A model generated the notes under the pieces. It ran no database searches, was not told the DNA's origin, and saw only the letters and a list, made by a program, of their open reading frames with translations. Positions 1 through 7,696 of a stretch of DNA of 20,000 nucleotides are shown here, piece after piece (positions within the stretch are counted from its first letter, which is position 1; the number at the start of each line of letters is the position of its first letter). The stretch lies in IMG/VR virus record IMGVR_UViG_3300046524_000594; one strand, given 5' to 3'. The position numbers and the translations under genes were made by a program. This DNA is from an uncultured virus (IMG/VR IMGVR_UViG_3300046524_000594) (Duplodnaviria; Heunggongvirae; Uroviricota; Caudoviricetes).

Positions 1-45
1 TCCTTTCGGGTTCGGGCTGCACCCTCTGTGCTACCCATGGAAAAC

Positions 46-74
46 ATTATGTACCTTTAGGGTACACTTAGCAA
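46..74 (-). promoter_or_regulatory. Sigma70-type promoter with a palindromic operator, for a gene starting just left of the window
   Basis: Minus strand TTGCTA (74-69), 17 bp spacer, CATAAT (51-46). Palindrome TGTACC-N5-GGTACA at 50-66 lies in the spacer. AAAGGA (RBS-like) at 6-1. Confidence 0.55.
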
Positions 75-119
75 GAGATATTCTGCTGTGAATTAGCCAC
101 TCCGCTTCCTGCCCGACAC

Positions 120-479
120 CTATCTGGGCTCCTTGCGACGCTCGACCTTGCCCGGCTCACTTCCGAACCGATGATCACGCAGGCAACCGTCGCAGCTGAG
201 ACGCGTGCACATCCAGCGCTTCACCTTGGGCCAATACGTAACCATGAACATGTGACGCAATCCGGCCAGAGCCAACGCAACGTGCATCGTTACCCCCGCT
301 GAGTTCGGCGTGAAGAAGAAACGGTCAGACCGCGCGAGGATGGCGTAACCGCTGATGGCGATCACTGCATAGAGGATCTTGCCGATGACACCGTCACGGA
401 CCTTCCCGCTCAGCGCGCACCAAGTGGCCCAGAATGCGATGAATCCAGCGGCGTACGCGTTCAGATATTCGAATGTCAT
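120..479 (-). CDS. Multi-pass membrane protein of the lysis/late region (holin or antiholin-like), 119 aa
   Basis: ATG at 479 overlaps the upstream stop (ATGA). About three hydrophobic segments and a basic C-terminus (MTFEYLNAYAAGFIAFW...). Confidence 0.65.
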   Translation of the reverse strand: MTFEYLNAYAAGFIAFWATWCALSGKVRDGVIGKILYAVIAISGYAILARSDRFFFTPNSAGVTMHVALALAGLRHMFMVTYWPKVKRWMCTRLSCDGCLRDHRFGSEPGKVERRKEPR

Positions 480-802
480 GGGCTTGGTCCTCCGAATTTG
501 CTCCGGATAAATGACCACAGGTCTGCGGCTTTGATCGCTCTGGTGATAGCAGCCATGAGCGATCCGCCGAACGTACCTAACAGGAAGCCCACCCCGGCGA
601 CACTGCGTGGCTCGATGATTCCAAAATATGCGCTGACCATGCCGGTCAGGTAGTGGGCACAGGCCATGCCCGTGAGGAGAAACAGAAGCCATGACTTTCG
701 GTCAGTCAGGTCATCCTTATGCCAGCGGGTGGCGACGAGAGCGCCAAACAGGCCAGCGATCAGCCAGTCGAATTTGTCGAGCAGGCGGTGAAAAAACTCC
801 AT
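476..802 (-). CDS. Putative holin, 108 aa
   Basis: ATG at 802 with GGAG upstream. Three hydrophobic helices. First late gene downstream of Q and the late promoter. Confidence 0.65.
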   Translation of the reverse strand: MEFFHRLLDKFDWLIAGLFGALVATRWHKDDLTDRKSWLLFLLTGMACAHYLTGMVSAYFGIIEPRSVAGVGFLLGTFGGSLMAAITRAIKAADLWSFIRSKFGGPSP

Positions 803-834
803 GCGCTCGACTCCGTACTGGGCATGAAAGGCAA

Positions 835-875
835 TACTACATATTTGTTGTATTACCACAAAAGTGATGTATACT
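835..875 (+). promoter_or_regulatory. hicAB promoter with two tandem palindromic operators
   Basis: TACTACA-N4-TGTTGTA (835-852) and TACCACA-N4-TGATGTA (854-871) overlap TTGTAT (848-853) and a TATACT -10 (870-875). Confidence 0.6.
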
Positions 876-903
876 GGACCCATCCAAACAGCGAGGCGAG
901 GTG

Positions 904-1083
904 ATGAAGTTCAGCGAGTTCAGACGATGGTTGAAGGCCCAAGGGGTGACTTTCGAAGCAGGCAAAGGAAGCCACTTCAAAGTCACCGCCCCAAACGGCA
1001 ACAGGACAACCTTCGCGGATCACGGGGCTAAGGAAATGCCCGAAGGGACCCGCAAGGCGATCATTAAACAACTGGGGCTCTGA
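904..1083 (+). CDS. hicA: HicA-family mRNA interferase toxin
   Basis: MKFSEFRRWLKAQGV..GKGSH..DHGAKEMPEGTRKAIIKQLGL, with the GSH motif and typical size. GAGG RBS. Start is 901 (GTG) or 904. Confidence 0.92.
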   Translation: MKFSEFRRWLKAQGVTFEAGKGSHFKVTAPNGNRTTFADHGAKEMPEGTRKAIIKQLGL

Positions 1084-1134
1084 GAGCCCCCTTCACCTGC
1101 CTGAGCGCTGAACGATCACCTCCGAGGAGTGAAC

Positions 1135-1848
1135 ATGTACGACTATGCAATCCGATTTGAACGTGACGAAACGCCAGGCCTTGCGGTTTTCTGCCGTGAC
1201 CTGCCCCAGCTCAACAGCTACGGCGACGATGAAGCGCAGGCGCTCAGCGAAGCTGTGGACGCTATCGAAACTACCCTTTCGATCTATGTGGACGAGCGAA
1301 AGGCAATCCCAGCAGCTACCCCGCAAGAAGAAGGCGAGCACGTCGTCCATCTTCCAGCAGTTACTGTGGCGAAGATTGCGTTGTGGAACGCGATGATGGA
1401 GCGCGACATGCGCAAGGCTGATCTCTGCAGGTTGCTTGGGGTCAGTCAGACACAGGGCGATCGCCTGGTGGACTTCCTGCACACATCAAAAATGGAACAA
1501 CTGGAGAAGGCCTTGGAAGCACTAAATACCGCTGTGCGCGTTACGCCAGCAGACCCGGAGTGGATCAACCTTCCCTATGGAGGAGGTCAAGCAGGATTCT
1601 ATGCAGGTCGATTGGCTGACGCGCTTAAGGACATGCCAAATCAGCAGATCTTAATCGGTTCAGTTGCAGGAAGCTTGGACAAGGTGAGACCCAACTCTCT
1701 GGACCACCTGTTGCGCACTCGGTATGCCAAACGTCCAGACACCATGCAGGCAGTTCAGGAAGTGATCCAGGACTTGGTGGCAACCGGCAAGTTTGAGTAC
1801 ATCCCCAAGCAATCCGGAGTGCCAGCCGGACTGCTTCGCCTGAAGTAA
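1135..1848 (+). CDS. hicB: HicB-family antitoxin with an extra ~95-aa C-terminal domain
   Basis: N-terminal HicB fold (YAIRFE..VFCRDLP..SYGDDEAQALSEAVDAI), HTH (RKADLCRLLGVSQTQGDRL), GAGGAG RBS, directly after hicA. Confidence 0.88.
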   Translation: MYDYAIRFERDETPGLAVFCRDLPQLNSYGDDEAQALSEAVDAIETTLSIYVDERKAIPAATPQEEGEHVVHLPAVTVAKIALWNAMMERDMRKADLCRLLGVSQTQGDRLVDFLHTSKMEQLEKALEALNTAVRVTPADPEWINLPYGGGQAGFYAGRLADALKDMPNQQILIGSVAGSLDKVRPNSLDHLLRTRYAKRPDTMQAVQEVIQDLVATGKFEYIPKQSGVPAGLLRLK

Positions 1849-1868
1849 CAGCAGCCCAAGCTTTAGCC

Positions 1869-1900
1869 AAGACCCTCCTTCGAAAATTGTGAGGGTCTTT
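1869..1900 (+). terminator. Possible hicAB terminator hairpin
   Basis: AAGACCCTC-13 nt-GAGGGTCTT just after the hicB stop; the U-tract is short. Confidence 0.4.
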
Positions 1901-2090
1901 CCCCTCCTGTCCGCCAAAGGCTTCACCATCGCTGGCACCCAAATGCACCAGTCTCGACGGATCACCTCGCGCAGCAGATGAAAGCATGAGGTCACTGCTC
2001 GCGGGCTGCCGGTGTTTTACGCAGCACGGCACTACCGGCTTATCAGAGTCCAGATGTCCCTTGAAGGGCTGTTCTGGCTACAGGTGCAAC
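1891..2090 (-). ncRNA. Candidate structured RNA in the late leader
   Basis: Multibranch fold closed by TGCACC/GGTGCA, with internal stems CCAGA/TCTGG, GCCGGT/ACCGGC and AGCAG/CTGCT, plus a 3' hairpin GAGGG-GAAAGA-CCCTC. Confidence 0.45.
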
Positions 2091-2102
2091 AAAACGCGGG
2101 CA

Positions 2103-2130
2103 CAAAAAAACCCGCTCGATGGCGGGTTTC
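2103..2130 (-). terminator. Intrinsic terminator tR'-like, downstream of the late promoter
   Basis: Minus strand GAAACCCGC-CATCGA-GCGGG-TTTTTTT. Confidence 0.85.
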
Positions 2131-2171
2131 TCGGAACAAGTTGCCGAAGGCAAAATACTCAATGTGGCGAA

Positions 2172-2200
2172 ATGATGCCCTCAGCCGCACGGGAAGTCAA
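2172..2200 (-). promoter_or_regulatory. Late promoter PR'-like
   Basis: TTGACT (overlapping the Q stop), 17 bp, CATCAT, about 40 nt upstream of the terminator. This is the lambdoid Q/PR'/tR' layout. Confidence 0.7.
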
Positions 2201-2778
2201 GCGGCCTCCTTCATCTGATAAATTACTGCTCCAACCGGGCTCAAAGCCATGCGATCCAGGTCCTCGCAGCAATCGAAGGTAAGCCTGACTATGCACTCCC
2301 AGTCCCGATCCCAATTACAGGATTCGAGCCGAATGCCGTACTCAGCCATCAGCCAAGAACGGAACGCCTCGGGCTTGATCATCGGGTCGTCGTTCGCGGA
2401 CTGACCACCTTGGTGCATGTGCCGATAGCGGCGCATCACGCCCTTCACCACGTACTCAAGCTTCTCCCGCTTCGCGGCGGTCATGCGCTTTGATTTGGAA
2501 ACCACCATGCCGAACACCACATCCTCCGCTGCCTCGCGGATGTCGTCGCTGCGGTGCGCGGCGTACATGTACTCGCCGAACACACGGACCTGAGGGTGCA
2601 GCTTGGCAATGACGGACTGAATGTGACCCGCCAGCGCGCTGTGTACGGCGTGGTTCGCGGTTGGCCCCCGCTCGGTGCTTTGGACCACCACACCCAACTG
2701 AACAACGTCGGAGGTTTGGCCTGGTGCCGGGCTGTAGGTGCAGTCATGCCATGCCTGACGTGCGGAATTGATCTTCAT
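2197..2778 (-). CDS. Putative late-gene antiterminator (Q-like)
   Basis: 193 aa, after ninG and directly before the promoter, terminator and lysis genes. Function assigned mainly from position. Confidence 0.65.
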   Translation of the reverse strand: MKINSARQAWHDCTYSPAPGQTSDVVQLGVVVQSTERGPTANHAVHSALAGHIQSVIAKLHPQVRVFGEYMYAAHRSDDIREAAEDVVFGMVVSKSKRMTAAKREKLEYVVKGVMRRYRHMHQGGQSANDDPMIKPEAFRSWLMAEYGIRLESCNWDRDWECIVRLTFDCCEDLDRMALSPVGAVIYQMKEAA

Positions 2779-3380
2779 GCTGCTCTCCCCTTCAGCTCTT
2801 TGATTTTCGCCCGGTACTGCGCCTTGATCTCTTGCAGGTCCGAGATGGTGTATTTGCGTGCCTCATGAGGCCCTTCGAGCCATGCCAGCTTTTCGGCACC
2901 AATCCTGTTCACCAAGCGAATGCGGTACTCGACCGCGTTGCCGGAGAGGTTGCGGTTACAGCGCACGCACTGGCGGTGAACGTTGAACGGCTCGAATCGC
3001 AGTTCAGGACAGGCGCCGACTGATCGGTAGTGGCCGGCGTCCCACCGGCTGCCGGTGATCAACCCTTCATCAGTGGCGATCGAATCGCAGCTGATGCATG
3101 GCAGGTGCGCGTCACGGAGACGGATGAAGGCGTTGAACTCTGTCTGAGCTTCGCGCATGTGCTCTGCCCTGCTCTTCAGCTTCTCCTTGCGAACCTTGAT
3201 CTCCCGGCGGTTCCGCTGAGCAATCGACTTGCGCTGCTTCTCCTGCGCCTGGCGGGCAAGTACCACCGCGCAGTCCGGCGAGCACCATTTCTGAAAGCTG
3301 CGCGTCGGGGTGAAGGTCACACCACACCCAGCGGCTCGGCAGCGCTTCGGCCGCATCGGCTTTGTGGACTGAGGGATCAC
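2775..3380 (-). CDS. ninG: NinG/Rap-family recombination endonuclease
   Basis: N-terminal Cys cluster (C..C...FQKWCSPDC), FNAFIRLRD..LPCISC, WDAGHYRSVGA..ELRF..NVHRQCVRCN. Confidence 0.92.
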   Translation of the reverse strand: MIPQSTKPMRPKRCRAAGCGVTFTPTRSFQKWCSPDCAVVLARQAQEKQRKSIAQRNRREIKVRKEKLKSRAEHMREAQTEFNAFIRLRDAHLPCISCDSIATDEGLITGSRWDAGHYRSVGACPELRFEPFNVHRQCVRCNRNLSGNAVEYRIRLVNRIGAEKLAWLEGPHEARKYTISDLQEIKAQYRAKIKELKGRAA

Positions 3381-3484
3381 AGCCCACCCCCGAACTGGCA
3401 GGCCACAGGCTGAGCGTGATACGCCGCTTCCAGCATCGTGACGACGCAGCGGGCGACACTTTTGAGGGCCTGATAAGTCTTCAT
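3377..3484 (-). CDS. Small hypothetical protein, 35 aa (not in ORF track)
   Basis: MKTYQALKSVARCVVTMLEAAYHAQPVACQFGGGL; ATGA and GTGA overlaps with both neighbours. Confidence 0.6.
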   Translation of the reverse strand: MKTYQALKSVARCVVTMLEAAYHAQPVACQFGGGL

Positions 3485-4068
3485 GCGTAGCTCCCGATCA
3501 TGTCAGCAGCGGACTGAGCCGCCTGCTCAGACTCAAAATGCGAAGACAGCACCAGTCGCCAGCAGGCGTTGAAAACGTCGCGATAAAGAGGCTCGAACGC
3601 CAGATCGTCCATTGATGACCAACTGATCGACTTGCGCTCCTTGCGGATGCCGTCGGGCGTCTGCACCAGGTGGAAATGCCCGGCCTCGATGGTGATCCAG
3701 TCGCGGAAGGCCTCGCGGCTCTTGTCCACCGCTGGGAAGCGCTCGGCGCGCTCGGCTTCGATCTGCGCAACGTACGCAGCCACGGCTTCTGACAGCTGAC
3801 CCGGCTTGCCGCTGGCCTTCTCGAAGAACTTGGCCAAGCCCTGGATGCCGCGCAACTCCTGCCGAGGCACAAGACCGCCGACTGGCTCCCAGTACTCCCA
3901 CGCCAGATCCAGCATCGAGAAGAACTTGCCGTGGAATTTTGCATTCCGCATCTTGGTGAACTTGCCGTGGATGACCTGACCGGCCTTCCACTTCTGCATG
4001 GTTTCGCGATCGGCTTCGGTGGCGGGCACCAGACCTTGAGCAGTGCGAATGAGGGCGACTTCAGCCAT
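3481..4068 (-). CDS. DUF1367-like nin-region protein, 195 aa
   Basis: ATG at 4068 with GAGG RBS. Motifs GLVPAT..D, RNAKFHGKFF, AFRDWITIEAG, SISWSSMD..F..LY. Confidence 0.8.
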   Translation of the reverse strand: MAEVALIRTAQGLVPATEADRETMQKWKAGQVIHGKFTKMRNAKFHGKFFSMLDLAWEYWEPVGGLVPRQELRGIQGLAKFFEKASGKPGQLSEAVAAYVAQIEAERAERFPAVDKSREAFRDWITIEAGHFHLVQTPDGIRKERKSISWSSMDDLAFEPLYRDVFNACWRLVLSSHFESEQAAQSAADMIGSYA

Positions 4069-4231
4069 GGCGAATGTCCTCGATTGCAGCCTCAAGGACA
4101 TAGACGGCCAGCAGTACCCAGAAGATCGGCCAGAGGAGGACGTACCTGTAAAAGAACGCCAGCCTGCTCGTGGACAGAGCTGTGATAATGGCTCCAGCGA
4201 AGTAGACGCACGCAAGTTGATCAAGCGTCAT
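4061..4231 (-). CDS. Small membrane protein, 56 aa (not in ORF track)
   Basis: MTLDQLACVYFAGAIITALSTSRLAFFYRYVLLWPIFWVLLAVYVLEAAIEDIRHG; GGAGG RBS; fills the gap and overlaps both neighbours. Confidence 0.65.
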   Translation of the reverse strand: MTLDQLACVYFAGAIITALSTSRLAFFYRYVLLWPIFWVLLAVYVLEAAIEDIRHG

Positions 4232-4772
4232 GGCTGGCCTCCCAGCTCATGGCTGCGTCGATCTGATCGCGAGCCATATTTTCGCAGCCCGGTACGCCGT
4301 CATAGGACTTTTGTAGCCAATCCAAGCGGGCGGCATCCTTGCGCAGCGCCTCGTTCTCGGCCTTGAGATTTTCGCTGGCGTGATAGAAGCCATCGCCGAT
4401 CATTTCGGCGTGATTTTGTTTTGCGACCGCGCATTCAGCTTCGGTTTTTAAGCGCTTGTTCTCGGCCTTGAGCTGATTCCAATGCATCTCTGCTTTTGGC
4501 CCATGGACGAAATCCACGATCTTCATGCGTTCAGATAGCCGCTCAATCTCTGCGATCAACTCCAGCACTGCGGCAGGGTTGGCGGCGAGCACCAAGTCCG
4601 CGTAGTCCTTGTTTTGGGCCATGAACTCGGGGAATGAGCGGTTCTGATGCACGTCGAAGACAATGCCGTTGTCGTTGCGGATGTACAGGGCGCCATAGCT
4701 CTGCATAAACCTCAGCGGCTGATGAGCCTTGCAACGCTCGGCGATGGCCTTCAAATCCTGAATGTCGGTCAT
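4221..4772 (-). CDS. Ead/Ea22-like phage protein, 183 aa
   Basis: ATG at 4772 with GGAGG RBS. AANPAAVLELIAEIERL motif followed by coiled coil. Confidence 0.7.
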   Translation of the reverse strand: MTDIQDLKAIAERCKAHQPLRFMQSYGALYIRNDNGIVFDVHQNRSFPEFMAQNKDYADLVLAANPAAVLELIAEIERLSERMKIVDFVHGPKAEMHWNQLKAENKRLKTEAECAVAKQNHAEMIGDGFYHASENLKAENEALRKDAARLDWLQKSYDGVPGCENMARDQIDAAMSWEASHDA

Positions 4773-4984
4773 TGGTAATCCTCCGCGAGCGACCACTTGG
4801 TGTTGTTCCGCTGGCTGTGATCAGAAGTGACAAGGCCATCGTTGCGCATCTTTTCAAGCTCACGCCGGATCTCTTTCGTCGTGTATGGCGTCACGTCGAA
4901 ACGAAACCACCAAGTGCAAAAGACGTTGCAGTTCTGAGCGCGGCATTGACGCATATAGGCAAGTATCTGTTCGCGCAGACTCAT
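4769..4984 (-). CDS. Hypothetical protein, possibly winged helix, 71 aa
   Basis: GGAGG RBS and coupled overlaps. IRRELEKMRNDGLV pattern. Confidence 0.65.
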   Translation of the reverse strand: MSLREQILAYMRQCRAQNCNVFCTWWFRFDVTPYTTKEIRRELEKMRNDGLVTSDHSQRNNTKWSLAEDYQ

Positions 4985-5097
4985 CGAAAAACCTCCTGCA
5001 GATTCGCAGGCGCAGTCACCCGCTGGACTTTGTGGTGCAGGCCATAACCGGCTACCACGACGATGATGGTCAGAACGATCCAGATTCGGTTGGTCAT
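4981..5097 (-). CDS. Small single-TM peptide, 38 aa (not in ORF track)
   Basis: MTNRIWIVLTIIVVVAGYGLHHKVQRVTAPANLQEVFR; ATGA overlaps at both ends. Confidence 0.6.
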   Translation of the reverse strand: MTNRIWIVLTIIVVVAGYGLHHKVQRVTAPANLQEVFR

Positions 5098-5879
5098 GCT
5101 ATAGCCCTCTGCTTCTGCAGCTCTTCGATGGCTTCCATGTGCTTGATCACACGCTCGTTTAGGTCGCGACGTTCCCGGCGGCGACGGTGAGCCTCGACCA
5201 GCTTGCGTTTGGTGTTTTGCAGGTGCATGGCTTGCTTCAGTTCGCGAATCTTCTGAGCGACGTTCGCGGAAGGCTTCGCAACAGTCCCGGTAAGCAGGCC
5301 CGCGATTGCACGGCCGTCTTCGGTGACCGGCTCATGGGTCATGTCGGCGATCAGCAGCTGTGCACGCTCTCGCGGGATGCGCTGCAGCTCGGCAGCCTTG
5401 TGGATGGCGGCCACGCGGCGACCAGCGTCGAACCCCAGCGATATTTTCCAGTTCACCGTCTGAGCATTGGTACGAGCCTCAGTGACGAACCGGTCGTAAG
5501 CACTGATGAACGCCATGCGCGCGCCGATCTTGTCGCCAGCATCAAGCACTGGGCGCGCAGCATTCAGGGCCAGCTGAATTTCATCGGTCATTACTACCGT
5601 GTCGAACTCATCGCTGGACGCCAGAGCGATGGCCCATGCTTCGTCACGGCCTGGGCGACCGTCCTCCGCTTGGATGCGATTGAGCACTGCGGCCAACGTC
5701 AGCTTGCCAGTCAGTTCGCGGCGGCAGGACTGGAGCGCTTTGCGAATTTCGCCCGCTGAGTATTCAGCGAGGTCTTCGGCCATCAGCTGAGCAGCGCCGG
5801 CACTGATGGTCTGACCCAAAGTTTCTGCGGTGGCGCAGATCGCCCCGGCCAGTTGTGCGATTTCGTCAGAGGAAAGCAT
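5094..5879 (-). CDS. Replication protein in the P position (helicase loader/inhibitor-like), 261 aa
   Basis: ATG at 5879 with AAGGGGG RBS, directly after the initiator. RPGRDEAWA motif. Function inferred from position. Confidence 0.6.
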   Translation of the reverse strand: MLSSDEIAQLAGAICATAETLGQTISAGAAQLMAEDLAEYSAGEIRKALQSCRRELTGKLTLAAVLNRIQAEDGRPGRDEAWAIALASSDEFDTVVMTDEIQLALNAARPVLDAGDKIGARMAFISAYDRFVTEARTNAQTVNWKISLGFDAGRRVAAIHKAAELQRIPRERAQLLIADMTHEPVTEDGRAIAGLLTGTVAKPSANVAQKIRELKQAMHLQNTKRKLVEAHRRRRERRDLNERVIKHMEAIEELQKQRAIA

Positions 5880-6834
5880 TGCGAGGTCCCCCTTCCCGGA
5901 TGTTATGGGCGGCCTGCTGCGCGGCGTTGATGTTCGCCTGGGTGTCTTCGATCTGGCGGGCGGTGCGGCCATTCATCTGGCGGCCAGTGGCCCACTGGGT
6001 GTGGTAGGCCTCAGCTTTGGCGATCAGGTTGGTGAGGCTGTGGCAGTCGTTGACGATGCGGGCGTCGTTGATGGTCAGGTAGTACGCCGCAACGCTATGG
6101 GCAACGTCGATGCCGAGGCGGTCAACCAGCTTGCCGAGAATTCCACCAGCGATAGCGTTCCAAACCGGCCAACACTGGTAGCGCTTGCGGTAGGCCATGG
6201 CGTAGTTCGCCCAGGCCTTGAACGTTTTGCAGTCGCGGTCTTTGGGACCTGGCATGTCGGCAGGGATCTCGACACGAGGAGCATCTGGGCGATCAACCAC
6301 AAGTACCAAACTCCCGGACTGGGTCGGCAGCGCCGCACCCTCCGGCAAGTCCTGACTTGTACCCTGATTGGTATCCTGATGATTGGTATCCTGATTTGTC
6401 GGAGATTTTTCCGACCCTTGCTCGGATTTTTTTCCGACTCTGCTCGGAGATTTATCCGAGGTAGATCGGATATTTTTCCGACCCTTGTTTTCAGGTGGGG
6501 TCGGATATTTTTCCGACCCATCGATTTTCTGGTTCCACTCGGCAGCTTTCGCGGTCAGGCGAAACAGTGTGATGTTGGAAGTACTCGAAAGCTGGATCAG
6601 TCCCGCCTCATCCAATGCCTTCAACATGCGGTACGCAGTGTCGGGTTTATCGGTGAGCAGCGGCAGTTCTTCGACGATCTTCGCCTTGCTCAGTGCAAAG
6701 AAAACGCCTTCGTCAGTGGTGACCGGCTTAGTCCAACTCGGGCAACCGTAGATGAAGGCAAACAGCAGGGCTTGCTGAGAGTTCAGCCCCCACTCCAGTG
6801 CCTTCACCTGGTTGATGGTTACGGTGAATTGCAT
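5866..6834 (-). CDS. Phage replication initiator (O-like)
   Basis: 322 aa with N-terminal wHTH-like region, and a central low-complexity segment that coincides with the iteron array. Confidence 0.8.
   Translation of the reverse strand: MQFTVTINQVKALEWGLNSQQALLFAFIYGCPSWTKPVTTDEGVFFALSKAKIVEELPLLTDKPDTAYRMLKALDEAGLIQLSSTSNITLFRLTAKAAEWNQKIDGSEKYPTPPENKGRKNIRSTSDKSPSRVGKKSEQGSEKSPTNQDTNHQDTNQGTSQDLPEGAALPTQSGSLVLVVDRPDAPRVEIPADMPGPKDRDCKTFKAWANYAMAYRKRYQCWPVWNAIAGGILGKLVDRLGIDVAHSVAAYYLTINDARIVNDCHSLTNLIAKAEAYHTQWATGRQMNGRTARQIEDTQANINAAQQAAHNIREGGPRNAFL
6364..6516. repeat. Replication origin: five palindromic iterons plus adjacent direct repeats
   Basis: TCGGA-N6-TCCGA starting at 6399, 6422, 6444, 6466 and 6501. 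TGATTGGTATCCTGAT direct repeats at about 6364-6396. Confidence 0.85.
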
Positions 6835-6835
6835 G

Positions 6836-7636
6836 TCAGGCCTTCCCGACCAATTTGGCCAATTCGAGGAAGCGATCGACGTACCAGTGAGGCTGCGTTT
6901 CGCGGGGGGATTGAGGGCTGGTCAGGTTCTTGCCGTAGGCAAGGCCCTTATCAGTGATCGACCAGAACGGGACGACCTCCTGCTTCGAGTTCTTGCGGGT
7001 CAGCACCTTGAGGTAGCCAGCGGCTTCGAGCTTTTTGTTGAAGGACACGACAGAACCGCCTAAGCCGAATTCCTTCAGCAATGCGGTAGCGGATTTGGTG
7101 GGCATGGAAGATCCGCCGGCGGCATCCGGCGCAGCGTCGACGGCGTAGCCTGGGAGAAACTTTGGATCGAGGCCATTGTTCTCCGCGATCTTGGTCAGCA
7201 TGAGCATCTGGCTGGACGGTGCAGGCTTCAGCAGGCGCGTGAAACACTCCATGATGGCGATTTCGCCGATTACTTTTGTTCCGTTCGCCGTGACGGCCTC
7301 ACGTGACGCCGACTGCTGCTCCAGTTCGTGCCAGCGTCGGATGACCTTCATACGCAGGCCAGCGCTGTAACCGGTGAGCAAGCAGTCTGTGTGCACGCGA
7401 TCAAGCAGATATTCGGTTTGCTCGCGGTTCCGGCCGTCGAGGTAGATGTGAGCAAAACTGCTCACATTAACTTTCAGCTCGGAAGCCATGGTTTGGATAT
7501 CACGCTTGACGTCTGGATGACGCTTACCGGTCAGGTTCGCAATCTCGCGCGAAGACATCGTGCGCGCCACGTTTTGCTGATGCTGAAAACGTGGCGCGGC
7601 TTGTGGGGTATTGATCAAGGTTTGATGGCTGTGCAT
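6836..7636 (-). CDS. Rha-family regulator/antirepressor with an ANT/KilAC-like C-terminus, 266 aa
   Basis: TMSSREIANLTGKRHPDVKRDI and GYSAGLRMKVIRRWHELE; C-terminal KSATALLK..ITDKGLAYG..ETQPHWY. ATG at 7636 with GAGG RBS. Confidence 0.8.
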   Translation of the reverse strand: MHSHQTLINTPQAAPRFQHQQNVARTMSSREIANLTGKRHPDVKRDIQTMASELKVNVSSFAHIYLDGRNREQTEYLLDRVHTDCLLTGYSAGLRMKVIRRWHELEQQSASREAVTANGTKVIGEIAIMECFTRLLKPAPSSQMLMLTKIAENNGLDPKFLPGYAVDAAPDAAGGSSMPTKSATALLKEFGLGGSVVSFNKKLEAAGYLKVLTRKNSKQEVVPFWSITDKGLAYGKNLTSPQSPRETQPHWYVDRFLELAKLVGKA

Positions 7637-7660
7637 ACTTGCCTCACTCGATTTGCAAAT

Positions 7661-7686
7661 AGCCACCCTGCCCGGTGGCTTTTTTG
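7661..7686 (+). terminator. Intrinsic terminator antisense to the PR operon
   Basis: AGCCACC-CTGCCC-GGTGGCT-TTTTT with the U-run on the plus strand. Confidence 0.7.
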
Positions 7687-7696
7687 TGTCTAAAAC

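Noticed and set aside
1625..2282. ORFs 1625..2032, 1660..1995, 1986..2282 and 2012..2218
   Set aside because: They overlap hicB, the terminator or the late promoter, lack an RBS and have implausible composition. The region is better explained as non-coding.
6399..6516. Regularly spaced palindromic repeats as a mini-CRISPR array
   Set aside because: Repeats are 16 bp with 6-19 bp gaps, lie inside the initiator gene and have no cas genes nearby. They fit iterons.
5830..6957. 375-aa plus-strand ORF (and similar ones such as 5187..5759 and 14267..14809)
   Set aside because: Antisense shadows of well-supported genes in high-GC DNA, with no RBS or recognisable motifs.
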